This document shows positions 41,615 to 51,634 of a DNA stretch of 64,000 nucleotides, piece after piece. Where the stretch lies: positions 62,001 to 126,000 of the IMG/VR virus record IMGVR_UViG_3300029286_000009; one strand, written 5' to 3'. Position 1 is the first letter of the stretch; each line of letters opens with the position of its first letter. The translations under genes and the position numbers were made by a program. The notes under the pieces are model-generated. The model was not told the origin of the DNA, did no database searches, and worked only from the letters and a program-made list of their open reading frames with translations.

Positions 41615-42077
41615 TTACTCCCTGTTGCTGCACGCTTGGACGCCTTTAGCGGGTTAACTTTGCCTTGTTGCTCAACTTTTTCAGTGAACGCAAAGGGACA
41701 CTTTGATTGGTACCATTTCCTTCCAGGGTAGGCATATGTAGTGCAATAATCACCATCTATGCGGGGGCATGGGATGAGCACCGGCTTCTTTACTCTAGCT
41801 TCTCCGGTCGCTATGAACTCCACTCCTGCAGCCTTGCACTCCTCAACAATGGGTTGTTTGTCCGCGGGAGTTAGGAAATGCCAGGCTTTAGTTATTTTCT
41901 GTGCCATTTTTTTCTCCTACCTTTTCGATAGTTAAGAGGTTTCGGGGTGACATAATCAGTATGGGTAACTCGTTGTCTTTCTCGAGCTCAATACTAAGGG
42001 AATCACCTTTCTTTGTCATGCTGACGAGTCTACCCGCATAATCTGTTTGCCATCCCGACACGTGTACTCTGATTCTC

Positions 42078-42398
42078 TCACCTTTTCGGTACTTTGCCAT
42101 CTGTACATCCTGTTATGATTGTGTATGAATGCTCGTCTGTACGTGCTCGGAGTGGGTATCTTGTCGTAGTCTCAACTACTTTGACAGGGTAATCGAATTT
42201 GAAGTCGCCAACTTTATTGGTAACGATTTCCTCGGTAGTAGAAATTGGGGTGATCCAGAATGTTACCCATATGAATATGGTTATAAATATGACTATCCCA
42301 GTTATAGTCACGAACTGCCAAAGGGGGTGTTCCTCCACAAATGCCCATATAAGGGGGGCTATTAACCAAATAGCAAGCATGAGACTGATTATATCCAT
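42078..42398 (-). CDS. membrane protein (paralog of 43164-43496)
   Basis: Two TM segments followed by KFDYPVKV....YP.R. Confidence 0.55.
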   Translation of the reverse strand: MDIISLMLAIWLIAPLIWAFVEEHPLWQFVTITGIVIFITIFIWVTFWITPISTTEEIVTNKVGDFKFDYPVKVVETTTRYPLRARTDEHSYTIITGCTDGKVPKR

Positions 42399-42480
42399 TT
42401 ATCCTCTCTTTATTACTTCTCGATTTTCGTGATCCAAGGGGGTTTAATAGGTAAGGCATCACAGGATGAAAGGAACGTTC

Positions 42481-43101
42481 CTATTTCGTCTCGCGGTTGT
42501 GGTGGTTGTCTTGGAACCCGACCCGATCAACTGCCTCGCTAATGTGTACACTTGTTATCACGCCATCACGCGTAAGTTCATCGAGCCTGCGCAAATTGGG
42601 TAGGTGTGCATTACATGCACCAACCTTAACCTGCACTCGATCGGGCTCAAAATCACGGTAGTCAAGTCGTGCGCCTTGTTGGAACATATTGACCACACGT
42701 ACCCCCGCCTCCTTGCACTGCACAAATGCTGCAATGTTATTAAGGAGACGCTTGTCACCCCCGCAGACGAAACATCCGGGCGTTATGTCGAGACCAATAC
42801 CACGGGATCTAAAGAACTCACCTCCACAATCTGGTTGTTTATCGGCTCTTCCGCGTTTTGGAATACCATGCCGTGGGTGATCCTGAAGTTCTGGATAAAA
42901 ACTACCGAAGCCAATAGATGACTTAGTGTTACCTTCACCAAGAATGCAGCAAGTCCTACCGCATTCTCCACAATCCCAAGCGGCGGCTCCGTGTCCCGAA
43001 ATGGGCGAGTAGCCAGATCGATACCCGCAATAGGGACAGCCAAACTTTTGAAGGTCGGCAGCTGATATCGCAACGATAGTTTGGGGTTCGTTTGTACCCA
43101 T
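42481..43101 (-). CDS. Cys-rich hypothetical protein
   Basis: CPYCG, CGECG, CFVCG. Confidence 0.55.
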   Translation of the reverse strand: MGTNEPQTIVAISAADLQKFGCPYCGYRSGYSPISGHGAAAWDCGECGRTCCILGEGNTKSSIGFGSFYPELQDHPRHGIPKRGRADKQPDCGGEFFRSRGIGLDITPGCFVCGGDKRLLNNIAAFVQCKEAGVRVVNMFQQGARLDYRDFEPDRVQVKVGACNAHLPNLRRLDELTRDGVITSVHISEAVDRVGFQDNHHNRETK

Positions 43102-43163
43102 TGAATTCTCCTATAGGAGGTGTTTCGAAATAAGGTAACTCTGCCATATTTATACAGAGCAAG

Positions 43164-43496
43164 TCATTTTTCAGATACCCTGTCACCAATTTCTCTAGTG
43201 TCTATCTCATAAAGTTTACTATCATTTTTAACTCGATAGGGGTAACTGATCGTTCTAATTTTTACTGTGACTGGTCGATCGAACTTAATGATAGTATCAA
43301 ACCCAATTTCTAACTGGTTTGTAACAATGGTGTTTGTTACTTCTACTGGGATTGTTTGGAGTATCACGTAGATGGGGATGGATGTGAGGAGTAGCAGAAC
43401 TCCGCCTATGATGACTTCACCAAAATCTTTATCTATCGATCCAAATATGATGAACAGTGTCGCCGCCAAAACAAAAGCAACGATAGCTATCTCCAT
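43164..43496 (-). CDS. membrane protein (paralog of 42078-42398)
   Basis: Two TM segments followed by KFDRPVTV....YPYR. Confidence 0.55.
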   Translation of the reverse strand: MEIAIVAFVLAATLFIIFGSIDKDFGEVIIGGVLLLLTSIPIYVILQTIPVEVTNTIVTNQLEIGFDTIIKFDRPVTVKIRTISYPYRVKNDSKLYEIDTREIGDRVSEK

Positions 43497-43509
43497 TTTA
43501 AACCTCCGC

Positions 43510-44055
43510 TCAGTGGTGTGACGTCTTAGTCACAAACTCCTGTGTGCCTCTACACACATAGGTCTTATTCGTAATCATATCCATAGCGGCCCACTTCCCA
43601 GGATTATCATCACTCGAGGTGCGATGAAAAACATAGTAACCCATTTTGAGTAGGTTCTGATACGTTTGCCAAAGGTCGTAAACATCATCCATTCTGTCCC
43701 ATGCAGCACACGTATCCTGGTAGAATTTTGCCATTTCGCTGTCTCCGCCGTCTATTCTAGCAACAGCATCCGGGATTATCTGCTCGAGGTCTGATATAAT
43801 TTCATCTATGCAGTCAGCGTTGACATAGGCATCACTCCTATGTATGTCCTTCTTTTCCTCCTCATCGGGCATCAGCATTTCTGCCAACTCCGTCAGGGTT
43901 ATAGAGAAATTGGAACCACCATAGGAAGAACCGTCCCAGAAAAAATCTGACATGCCAACTTTCGCCAAGAACGCTTTTGTTATGATAGGACTTCTGGTCA
44001 CTACTACAAAACTGGAACCCGAAGAGTTGGTTATGAATCCAGGTCTACAAAGCAT
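43510..44055 (-). CDS. TNSSS-motif family protein 15, adjacent to the radical SAM gene
   Basis: MLCRPGFITNSSGSSFVVV. Confidence 0.8.
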   Translation of the reverse strand: MLCRPGFITNSSGSSFVVVTRSPIITKAFLAKVGMSDFFWDGSSYGGSNFSITLTELAEMLMPDEEEKKDIHRSDAYVNADCIDEIISDLEQIIPDAVARIDGGDSEMAKFYQDTCAAWDRMDDVYDLWQTYQNLLKMGYYVFHRTSSDDNPGKWAAMDMITNKTYVCRGTQEFVTKTSHH

Positions 44056-44061
44056 TTTTTG

Positions 44062-45126
44062 TTACACAGTCCTTTCTTTTTTCTCACACGGATTGATTGC
44101 TGGTAACACTGCACACCCCCGGCATATCTCTCGGCTAGTACAGTCGGGGCACGCATTTATTACTTTATTGCGGTAATCATCAAATTTGTTTAGCCAAATG
44201 TCACTGAATGTTGTGTCCTCCAATGAGAAGATATCGGTTTTGTTGAAACTGCAGGGAGATACTTTCAGCTCTTCGTCAATGAAGACTGAAAAGCATCCGG
44301 AGTCGCAGGGACCCAAGTTGTCAACAGGCAAATTCTCAATCGGGGTAGATGCTATCAATGATGGAGCAGCACAACTATCAACACCCAGTGCAATTTTACC
44401 TTCGTAAGCACGCAGGGCGGAGACAAAGTTCATCTTTTGTACGAATGTGGGATGCTGCTCCCAATTCCCTCGACCGATAGGCTTGTGCATGAGAAAAATA
44501 CAGCTATAGAGGGGCAACTTTCCTCCTAGCATACCTTTGCCCACTTTCGCCAGCCTGAGTTGTGTAGTCCATGAGTCGATTAAATCATGAGTCAATACTA
44601 CATGTATTGCAGTAGCCACACCGCCTGTCATCAGTTTGAGAATAGCGGGCAGGGGGTTGATACCGGGGTGCATCGATACAGCTACGGCACCACAATACTT
44701 CCTACTTGCCTCAATGATTTCGGGTGTGAGGTCAACACCATTAGTGGTCCATGACGGAACCACCCCCTTGTCCCGTGCGATACGTAGTAGCTCGGGGAAT
44801 TCGGGGTGGTGTTGCGGACTTCCTCCCCCAATAGCTACTTGACAAACCCATGGGGTTAGAGTATCAATGGCGTTACTAAAGTCACTCACAGACATATGTT
44901 GCTTCTTATCCGCTGCACTTTCACGGTAGCAGTAAGCACAATTGAGTGGGCAGTACTTAGTGATATGGATATCTGCCAATTCAGGACCATTAGGGGACCA
45001 CTCGGGGCGCACGTGTTGTTCGTTGCCGTCTGCACCTACCAGAACTGTTTCGTGTCGTTCAAAATACCCTGTTTCCGGGTCAAATTTGGCAATATAATCT
45101 CCATGGTCGTATATCTGTAGGCTCAT
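44062..45126 (-). CDS. radical SAM protein with C-terminal SPASM domain (peptide/protein maturase-like)
   Basis: CPLNCAYC, GGGSP, TTNG, AVAVS; SPASM-like CDSG..SVFID....SPCSF...CPDC....CRGC. Confidence 0.9.
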   Translation of the reverse strand: MSLQIYDHGDYIAKFDPETGYFERHETVLVGADGNEQHVRPEWSPNGPELADIHITKYCPLNCAYCYRESAADKKQHMSVSDFSNAIDTLTPWVCQVAIGGGSPQHHPEFPELLRIARDKGVVPSWTTNGVDLTPEIIEASRKYCGAVAVSMHPGINPLPAILKLMTGGVATAIHVVLTHDLIDSWTTQLRLAKVGKGMLGGKLPLYSCIFLMHKPIGRGNWEQHPTFVQKMNFVSALRAYEGKIALGVDSCAAPSLIASTPIENLPVDNLGPCDSGCFSVFIDEELKVSPCSFNKTDIFSLEDTTFSDIWLNKFDDYRNKVINACPDCTSREICRGCAVLPAINPCEKKERTV

Positions 45127-45833
45127 CGACTTTCCTTTCTTTGATCGGGTTTCTTCTTTGATTTCTTAATCGGTTTAGATTTATCGCCGTAGCCAGAGTA
45201 AACTACTGCTGGAGCCGCTTTCCTGTCTGTAGTAATCACATCTACTACGCCATACGCAAGACACTCTTCTGGAGTAAGCCAAAGGTCTGTGTCTTGTAAA
45301 AGATACTTCCTTATGTCCGCCTCTGTCTTCAAATTAGTATGCTGTGAGTAGTGCCTAATCTGTATCTCATACATAATGTCTTGCCCACGCCGTGTAGCTA
45401 CCAATTGGGGGTAGTTCCCATAGTCGAATCCGCTAAAGTTATGGCTTAGAAATTGTGTACGAGGCGTACATATTCTGTGTCCCTTCTCTCCCGCCATCAT
45501 AACTATGAATCCGCCTGATGCACAAATACCATTTGCAAAAGTGTGCACAGGAATAGTAGACCAATCCATAAAGTCAACAATACCCAATGTGGCGGCGGCA
45601 TCTCCGCCGTAGGAGTTTATAATCATGTTGATTTCGTCAAAAGTTTCCCACTGGGCATTCCACTTCACGATCTTTTCGACAAAGTCGTGATAGTTTTCGT
45701 GGTCGATCTCGTCAATGAGAAGAAATATTCCCTGTTCTTCTAAAGTTGTCAGTTTCTTTTCTTCCGGCATACTGCCTGTTAGCACGTGCCCAACATGTGT
45801 TCCCTTTAAGATTGGTATCATTCTTGGAGCCAT
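45123..45833 (-). CDS. clpP: ClpP-family protease subunit
   Basis: INSYGG, CASGG (Ser), FLSHNF (His), DLWLTPEECLAYGVVD. Confidence 0.85.
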   Translation of the reverse strand: MAPRMIPILKGTHVGHVLTGSMPEEKKLTTLEEQGIFLLIDEIDHENYHDFVEKIVKWNAQWETFDEINMIINSYGGDAAATLGIVDFMDWSTIPVHTFANGICASGGFIVMMAGEKGHRICTPRTQFLSHNFSGFDYGNYPQLVATRRGQDIMYEIQIRHYSQHTNLKTEADIRKYLLQDTDLWLTPEECLAYGVVDVITTDRKAAPAVVYSGYGDKSKPIKKSKKKPDQRKESR

Positions 45834-46225
45834 TGGTCAACGGGTCCCTTTCCTCCCCATATATGTCCACAGGTTAGGCAAACAAACTCTATAGGTGTAT
45901 TGAGCTTCTCGAATATTCTTGTCGTTCTACAATTAGCCCTGTGTGGACTCTCTCCACACCGTAATTGAGTCCATGACCTTATCATACTGAATACTACTGA
46001 GAACTCAATATACCAACTATTACAGCTAGGACAGACGAGTAATTCTCCCTTGAGTTTTTTATTTTCGAATTCGATTTGTGCAATTTTGGCTTTTACGTCT
46101 CCTATAGCACATTCCAGGGTATTGAATTTCTGATGGACATGATAATTTTCCAGTACATTTAGTGCTCGATTGAGCTCTGTGATTGAGGCTTCATTATTCA
46201 TTATCTCTAAAGCATTTAGTGACAT
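45818..46225 (-). CDS. coiled-coil plus zinc-ribbon protein
   Basis: CPSC...CLTCG. Confidence 0.5.
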   Translation of the reverse strand: MSLNALEIMNNEASITELNRALNVLENYHVHQKFNTLECAIGDVKAKIAQIEFENKKLKGELLVCPSCNSWYIEFSVVFSMIRSWTQLRCGESPHRANCRTTRIFEKLNTPIEFVCLTCGHIWGGKGPVDQWLQE

Positions 46226-46487
46226 GGGTCATCTACCTCCGTGTGTAAAGCTAGTGTGTCATAGATATCAGACATCTCTGTTCGTTCCTCTGCAGATGTG
46301 GGTTCCTCCATGAATCCTGCCACTAGTTCGTTAGGTATCCAATCTAGCAGGTTATCTAAGCATAAGTCTTCTACAGACATCTGCTTATTTGTATAAGATA
46401 TTATACGGCGGTAAACCTGTTGCATCTGTAGATGGACGAAGCGTCGGATTAGGTCCCGACGCTTCTCACCTTGTATTATCCAAGGCA

Positions 46488-46943
46488 TTATTTTATTTCT
46501 GTATCGTTGGGTAGATTGATGTTAATATTGATAGCGATGTGCGGACGCGGGACACTTTCTAGTCTGGTTGCTATTAATCCAGTTTGGTAAGCAGTCGGAT
46601 CCCGTAATGACTCAGCTTCTTCCTCTAGTTCAGTTACTTCTTGCGGAGCCAGCGCACGCTGTGCTCGCTGATCAGCTGTATAATCAGCGGGACAGTTTGT
46701 GGGTGGGTAGTAGAGGGTAGCTAGAGTGAGTTCTTTGGAAGCTGGGATTGTAACTTCGATGGAAGCATTGTAATAGTGGGGTGCAATTTCGGACATTTGA
46801 TCGCGCAGAAATTTAGCCACATGTGCGTTACTTATCCACGTACCAGACAGTTTAATAGTGTTAGCAATGTCTACCGAAGTAAACAGTTTTTCATTTTGGA
46901 CGAAGTAGTTTATAACCTCTAGTAATAATGTATTATTAGGCAT
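46488..46943 (-). CDS. hypothetical phage protein
   Basis: FTSVDIAN motif; GGAG RBS. Confidence 0.55.
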   Translation of the reverse strand: MPNNTLLLEVINYFVQNEKLFTSVDIANTIKLSGTWISNAHVAKFLRDQMSEIAPHYYNASIEVTIPASKELTLATLYYPPTNCPADYTADQRAQRALAPQEVTELEEEAESLRDPTAYQTGLIATRLESVPRPHIAINININLPNDTEIK

Positions 46944-46973
46944 GTTTCTCCTTTTTGTTTAAGGTGTAGTTAT

Positions 46974-47927
46974 TCATAAAGCAAGTTTTATACGTCCGTA
47001 ATCCCCCAAGTAATCATCTTTGTCATCGTAATCAAAGTCATCTGTATAGTCAGAAGAATCATTGCTTTTTCGTCTACGGTCTAGGGGTGTTTCGTCGTGC
47101 TCATTATAGTATTGGCGTCCGATAGTGTCTTCTTCTCGTTCCCACCATGGGTCTCTATTGCTCTTGCGTATGCCACTCCACTTACCTGGAGCAGACCATG
47201 TAGCTGCCCCGCTTAAGGTGCGTGGCTCAGGAGTGTGAGTAAACTTTGTTTCAGAAAATGCATCAAAGAACGATTTCAATTTTCTGAGTTGCCCAGCTAA
47301 TTCTAGCATGGATGCACAGCACTTGTTGGTGTGCTGGAAGTGGTAGCCTATACCCATATTGAACGCGGACGTTTGCATAGGCTCCATATAACTGATATCA
47401 GAGAAGGAACCTAAGCTAAGCTTGAACTCGGCTGCTTTCAAAGCGTCTACAAAGTCAGTGTTAGTATCGTAATCATACAGAACTACATCAGAGCCTTTTC
47501 TATCAAGCCCAACTATCCAATTGTAGTCCTTGCCACAGTAGTCTACGAATTCCTCTGCAGTAGAGGAGCACCGCTCTTCATCAGTGGTAAAGAGTAAATC
47601 CATTTCTAAACCAAATTGTTTCAGAAGGTGTGTCATAGTGAATACCCCTAGGCGGTCATCAAGAGCGGGACTGAATACCATAATATCATCAGGAGTGCTG
47701 AAGGAGTCAAAGCTTGAGGACTCGGAGACCACATCCATGTGGGCCACTGCGAGTACCGTTGCACCAGAGGTCTCTCTGTAGAGAAAATGTTCACGGTTTT
47801 CGAGGTCTGGAATTACACTAAGTAAGAACCGCCTAACTTTCTTTTCTTTCATAGTGCATAGTTTACGTAGAGCGGCGATATCAACTTTCATGCTACTTTC
47901 TCTCTTTCGGCCCGACACACGGAACAA
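46974..47927 (-). CDS. M28/M42-like zinc peptidase-fold protein
   Basis: AHMD, LDDRLG, TDEE, DRKG, GYHFQH; acidic tail. Confidence 0.7.
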   Translation of the reverse strand: MFRVSGRKRESSMKVDIAALRKLCTMKEKKVRRFLLSVIPDLENREHFLYRETSGATVLAVAHMDVVSESSSFDSFSTPDDIMVFSPALDDRLGVFTMTHLLKQFGLEMDLLFTTDEERCSSTAEEFVDYCGKDYNWIVGLDRKGSDVVLYDYDTNTDFVDALKAAEFKLSLGSFSDISYMEPMQTSAFNMGIGYHFQHTNKCCASMLELAGQLRKLKSFFDAFSETKFTHTPEPRTLSGAATWSAPGKWSGIRKSNRDPWWEREEDTIGRQYYNEHDETPLDRRRKSNDSSDYTDDFDYDDKDDYLGDYGRIKLAL

Positions 47928-49216
47928 TCATCATGACCATCATTTTTGGAAACTACCCCACATTTAACGCAAATTGTGTACTCTTGATCAAGACAAACCG
48001 GGCACACGTAGTAACCTTTGCCAACTTTAGTCAAGACACCTGCGAGGCAACCTTTGCCACATGCGTCACACTGTAGAGCATGCCCCTCACAGCACTCACC
48101 ACAAAGCCATAGTTCTTCACGATCTTTGCCCATAACGGGGACTAAACGATCTACATCATCCCAGCCACTACAGAAATCGCAGTGTGTGGCGAACCCATCA
48201 AAGCAACTGTGGCACCAAACTTCGCCCTTAACAGTGTGGCAATTCTCTCTGTCAGCATAACCGGGGCATCGTTGGCATTTGGTGAATCTTTGGGTAAAGC
48301 AATCTTCGCAGAATGGGTCCTCAGATTCCTCGTGCTCATAATAGGCGTCGTTCTCCCGAATCAGCCTCCCGCATTCATAGCACGCAATCTGCCCATCTTC
48401 GCACTCTCCACATACAATTATGTCGTCGCCGTGCCATACAGCAGTATGTGGATGACTACGTCCACATTTGGTGCACGTAATGCGATACTTAAAATCTACA
48501 GCTTCGCAATCAGACACTTCCTGTGCTCCTACTATATACCCACGCCCATTGTTTATCCACAGGGCACCTTCGATGTCATCCATGTAGGACACATCAACGT
48601 TACGGTAGTATGAGCGGTTGAATATGTCAGAAAATATTCTGGCAAACGATACAATGTTCAGGTGTTCCCCCGAGCCACTGTAGACGTTGAATATAACGTG
48701 TGCTTCTTCAATAAATTTTGGATCATTGTATGGAATGCACCAAGCACGTGCCTTGGGATCATTGTTAGCTCCGTGTATTAGGAGGGCTTTGCCACCTAGT
48801 TTAGATATAATATAACGTGCCGCAGATCGGCAAGTCCAAAAACATGAGTCATGGTCACCATAGTCGCCTGGTTTCCAATCGAAATCAGATGTAACTATCA
48901 ATTGGTTATTCGAAACAGTTATACAAGATTCACGAGCAACCTTGCCTACTTTAGAAAGGAGATCGTTGGATGCTTTGTACCCATTTTTCTTTAATACTTT
49001 AGCAAATCGCTTGGGCCAGTTACCCAGCTTATTGGTCCACTCAGAGCCAATCTCGGTCATCATGCAGTATAGGACATTTCTGGTAGGAGTACATTCTTCT
49101 GACCCCCTAAGAACATCTATAATAGTTTCAATTGCACAATTGGATATTTCTTTAATTGACTTAATTGGGTATTTTCCGTCTTCAAACAAAAGTGCTCTCC
49201 TATTTTGATAGCTCAA
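47888..49216 (-). CDS. large protein with multiple C-terminal CxxC repeats
   Basis: SCFW motif; at least 10 CxxC pairs in the C-terminal half. Confidence 0.65.
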   Translation of the reverse strand: MSYQNRRALLFEDGKYPIKSIKEISNCAIETIIDVLRGSEECTPTRNVLYCMMTEIGSEWTNKLGNWPKRFAKVLKKNGYKASNDLLSKVGKVARESCITVSNNQLIVTSDFDWKPGDYGDHDSCFWTCRSAARYIISKLGGKALLIHGANNDPKARAWCIPYNDPKFIEEAHVIFNVYSGSGEHLNIVSFARIFSDIFNRSYYRNVDVSYMDDIEGALWINNGRGYIVGAQEVSDCEAVDFKYRITCTKCGRSHPHTAVWHGDDIIVCGECEDGQIACYECGRLIRENDAYYEHEESEDPFCEDCFTQRFTKCQRCPGYADRENCHTVKGEVWCHSCFDGFATHCDFCSGWDDVDRLVPVMGKDREELWLCGECCEGHALQCDACGKGCLAGVLTKVGKGYYVCPVCLDQEYTICVKCGVVSKNDGHDDCSVCRAEREKVA

Positions 49217-50567
49217 TCAAGTGTGTAATTGTACATTGTTCAAGAGAATATACAATAAACTCATCGTTTCTCAACCCAGTTTTACTGGCGTAGGCTGCAA
49301 GGCTGTCATACCCGCCGGGCGGCCCTCCCGCACAAGAGCCAGAAATTTCATAAACTTTTCCCATTGCGAATGTTATTCGTAGAAGGAACACGTTGTCAAA
49401 TTTATTCTGGCGTCCCGACCAATAGCCAGTACTATAATTGAGAGATTTTGTAGAGCTGTTAGCTCCATAAATTCCATTGCCAAACATACGCCCAGCAATC
49501 GTGTAGTTATCTCCGCTAGACAGGGGCGGGATAATAAGTCCCCCGAGAATAATTGATAGCAGGTTTCCATTTTGTGTACCATGGAATAGTTGCATTAGAT
49601 TACCGCGTTGTTTTCCTCTTGCTTCGAATCTTTCTCGTTCAGGTCCAATCTTTACTTCATAAATCGACCTCACTTTCCAGGCATCCAAATCACGATGTCT
49701 TCGTGATGTTTCGATAGCTTTTACTATTCTATTGTAAACTTTAGGGTCTTCTATAACAATTATATCCGTGTCCAGTTGGTTAAACTCTTCTGTGTCAGTG
49801 TTGTTATTAATCCCCAGCTTAGTTGCCGTGGCTAGCTGGTCTAGCAAGTCGTATTTCTCGACTAACTTGTTATCCGAGTCAATAATATCTTCGGCACGTA
49901 TCTTCCGCCCAAATTTGTGGGGGATAAGACTGAAGAACAAATTGTTAGCGATATTGACTTCATTACCACCTTTATCCAAGTTCAGTTTGATGGTGTCAAG
50001 AGCTTCTCTAGCACGCAGAATGTGCAGCTCCGTGACGGGTCCTAGGGCTGTTTCCATGCCGCTACTGGTGAAGGAAATAGCTGTGTTAGACTTAATCTTA
50101 TGTATGTTCTCTTATGCAAACTGGCGCAGCAATCGCAGAACGCGGGGGTCATATCTACTACCCACCTTTTCAATGAGGTCTCTGGGCGGGAGAACTGAGA
50201 TTTGATTTACTTTGCTTCTAATATTAAGAGAGCCAACGGTAGGACATAAGATTTCAACTATCTCGTATTTGGAAGTTCCTCCTGACTTACCACGCTGTTT
50301 CTGCCTTACAATTTCATTGTAAGTATGTCGGGCGGAGCCTTCATCGTGCCATGGTCCGCGCTCTTCGTATACGCTAGAACCTCCAATTCTACCGTAGTTA
50401 GTAAAAACACGATAGCGTTTGGTAGTTGGGTCTTCTTGTAATTCTACCATGTAAAACTTGTTAGAGTTAATATTGATATTCCCGCAAGAGAGTAAGGTAT
50501 ATTCAATTGTATTTGTGAACGGATGTGCATCCGGACCAGAAACCTTGGTTACGTTAGTGCCCAACAA
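49200..50567 (-). pseudogene. WGR plus poly(ADP-ribose) polymerase (PARP-like) gene split by one in-frame TAA at 50112-50114
   Basis: WGR-like NSNKFYMVELQ...NYGRIG; regulatory-like FSLIPH; catalytic FHGT, GRMFGNGIYGA, KSLNY, NDEFIVY (H-Y-E); ORFs 50112-50567 and 49200-50057 are in frame with an open 18-codon linker. Confidence 0.85.
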
Positions 50568-50579
50568 TTCCCTCCGCTG

Positions 50580-50930
50580 TTATTTGAGTTTCTCTTTTAT
50601 GATTTGTCCATTAGAGATGTATAGCATGTTAGCGATTCGGTGATGCTCCAGAAGCCGGATGCATTCACTACACGGACGGGAATTGAGCAAGTCGCCTGTT
50701 CGATTTATTCGAACGGAAACGATGCTAGTACCATCTTTGTCTATACCTTCGGCTAAACGGACACACATAAACTCTGCATGTTGGTAAGGATACTTGTAGA
50801 AAGGAAGAGCCTTTGGATGAGTTTTCTTTTGATTAAAGCCAACACTAATTATGTTTCTTCTCTTGTAGAGGATCGCACCATGCCGCTGTTTGTAGGTGCT
50901 ATTATACGCAACCTCTGCAGCAAGGTGCAA
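50580..50930 (-). CDS. cytidine/dCMP deaminase-fold protein
   Basis: HGA, GFN, HAE, RPCSEC. Confidence 0.8.
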   Translation of the reverse strand: MHLAAEVAYNSTYKQRHGAILYKRRNIISVGFNQKKTHPKALPFYKYPYQHAEFMCVRLAEGIDKDGTSIVSVRINRTGDLLNSRPCSECIRLLEHHRIANMLYISNGQIIKEKLK

Positions 50931-50970
50931 TGCTCTTATGTCATGTTCGGTAATACCAATAAGCTCCCTC

Positions 50971-51429
50971 CTATACCAACCCTGTTAACTCATCCAGATC
51001 CTCTCCACTAGCTCCGCAGACTGGGCATGTGCTTTGGTCGCATCTTCCTCGCACAAAAAATTCAGCGAGGCACTCCCGACATGAGCACTCCTGACGAGCT
51101 ATCTCCTCTGTTCCCTTGTTCTCTTTCATGTGTTTAAACATTTCAATCTGCTTCAGCCGTTTCTTTGCTTGTGGCTTAGTGGGATAGCACCCGAGTCGCT
51201 TACCGGATTCAGAATAGATACACCACTGGTTACCGGACTTGACAATGACTGCTTGTTCAGTCATTAGATCAAACTCAAGGATATCTGCACATTCCGGGTA
51301 TATATCTATTAGTGCGTCCCACAGGTTAGTAATTTCTGAGTACTCCTCCCGCATGTCCATCATAAATAACCTCCGATTTTTAATTCTTCTACTATCAATT
51401 TCCCTAGGTCTTTTCCACAGTAGTCGCAC
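50971..51429 (-). CDS. hypothetical phage protein with zinc ribbon
   Basis: WCIYSESGKRLGCYPTKPQAKKRLKQIEMFK; CREC..CPVC. Confidence 0.55.
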   Translation of the reverse strand: MRLLWKRPREIDSRRIKNRRLFMMDMREEYSEITNLWDALIDIYPECADILEFDLMTEQAVIVKSGNQWCIYSESGKRLGCYPTKPQAKKRLKQIEMFKHMKENKGTEEIARQECSCRECLAEFFVRGRCDQSTCPVCGASGEDLDELTGLV

Positions 51430-51634
51430 TGTTCAAACCCAGTAACAATTTCAAAGGTACCCATTCGTCGGTCCACAGAGACAGTGATTAGGTCAGATAC
51501 CTCTCCTCTGCCGCGTATATAACCCCTACCTCGGCATTGTACGCAAGAAGAGTTTTCCGACCAACCTTCTCCGGTACCATAACACTTACCACATCCCACA
51601 TAACATTCGTGTCCTACATCAACTGTAATTTTCA

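Noticed and set aside
26339-44055. TNSSS motifs as a DNA repeat, CRISPR array or DGR-type template/variable repeats
   Set aside because: Nucleotide sequences differ at synonymous positions, spacing follows gene lengths, and no reverse transcriptase or cas operon is visible.
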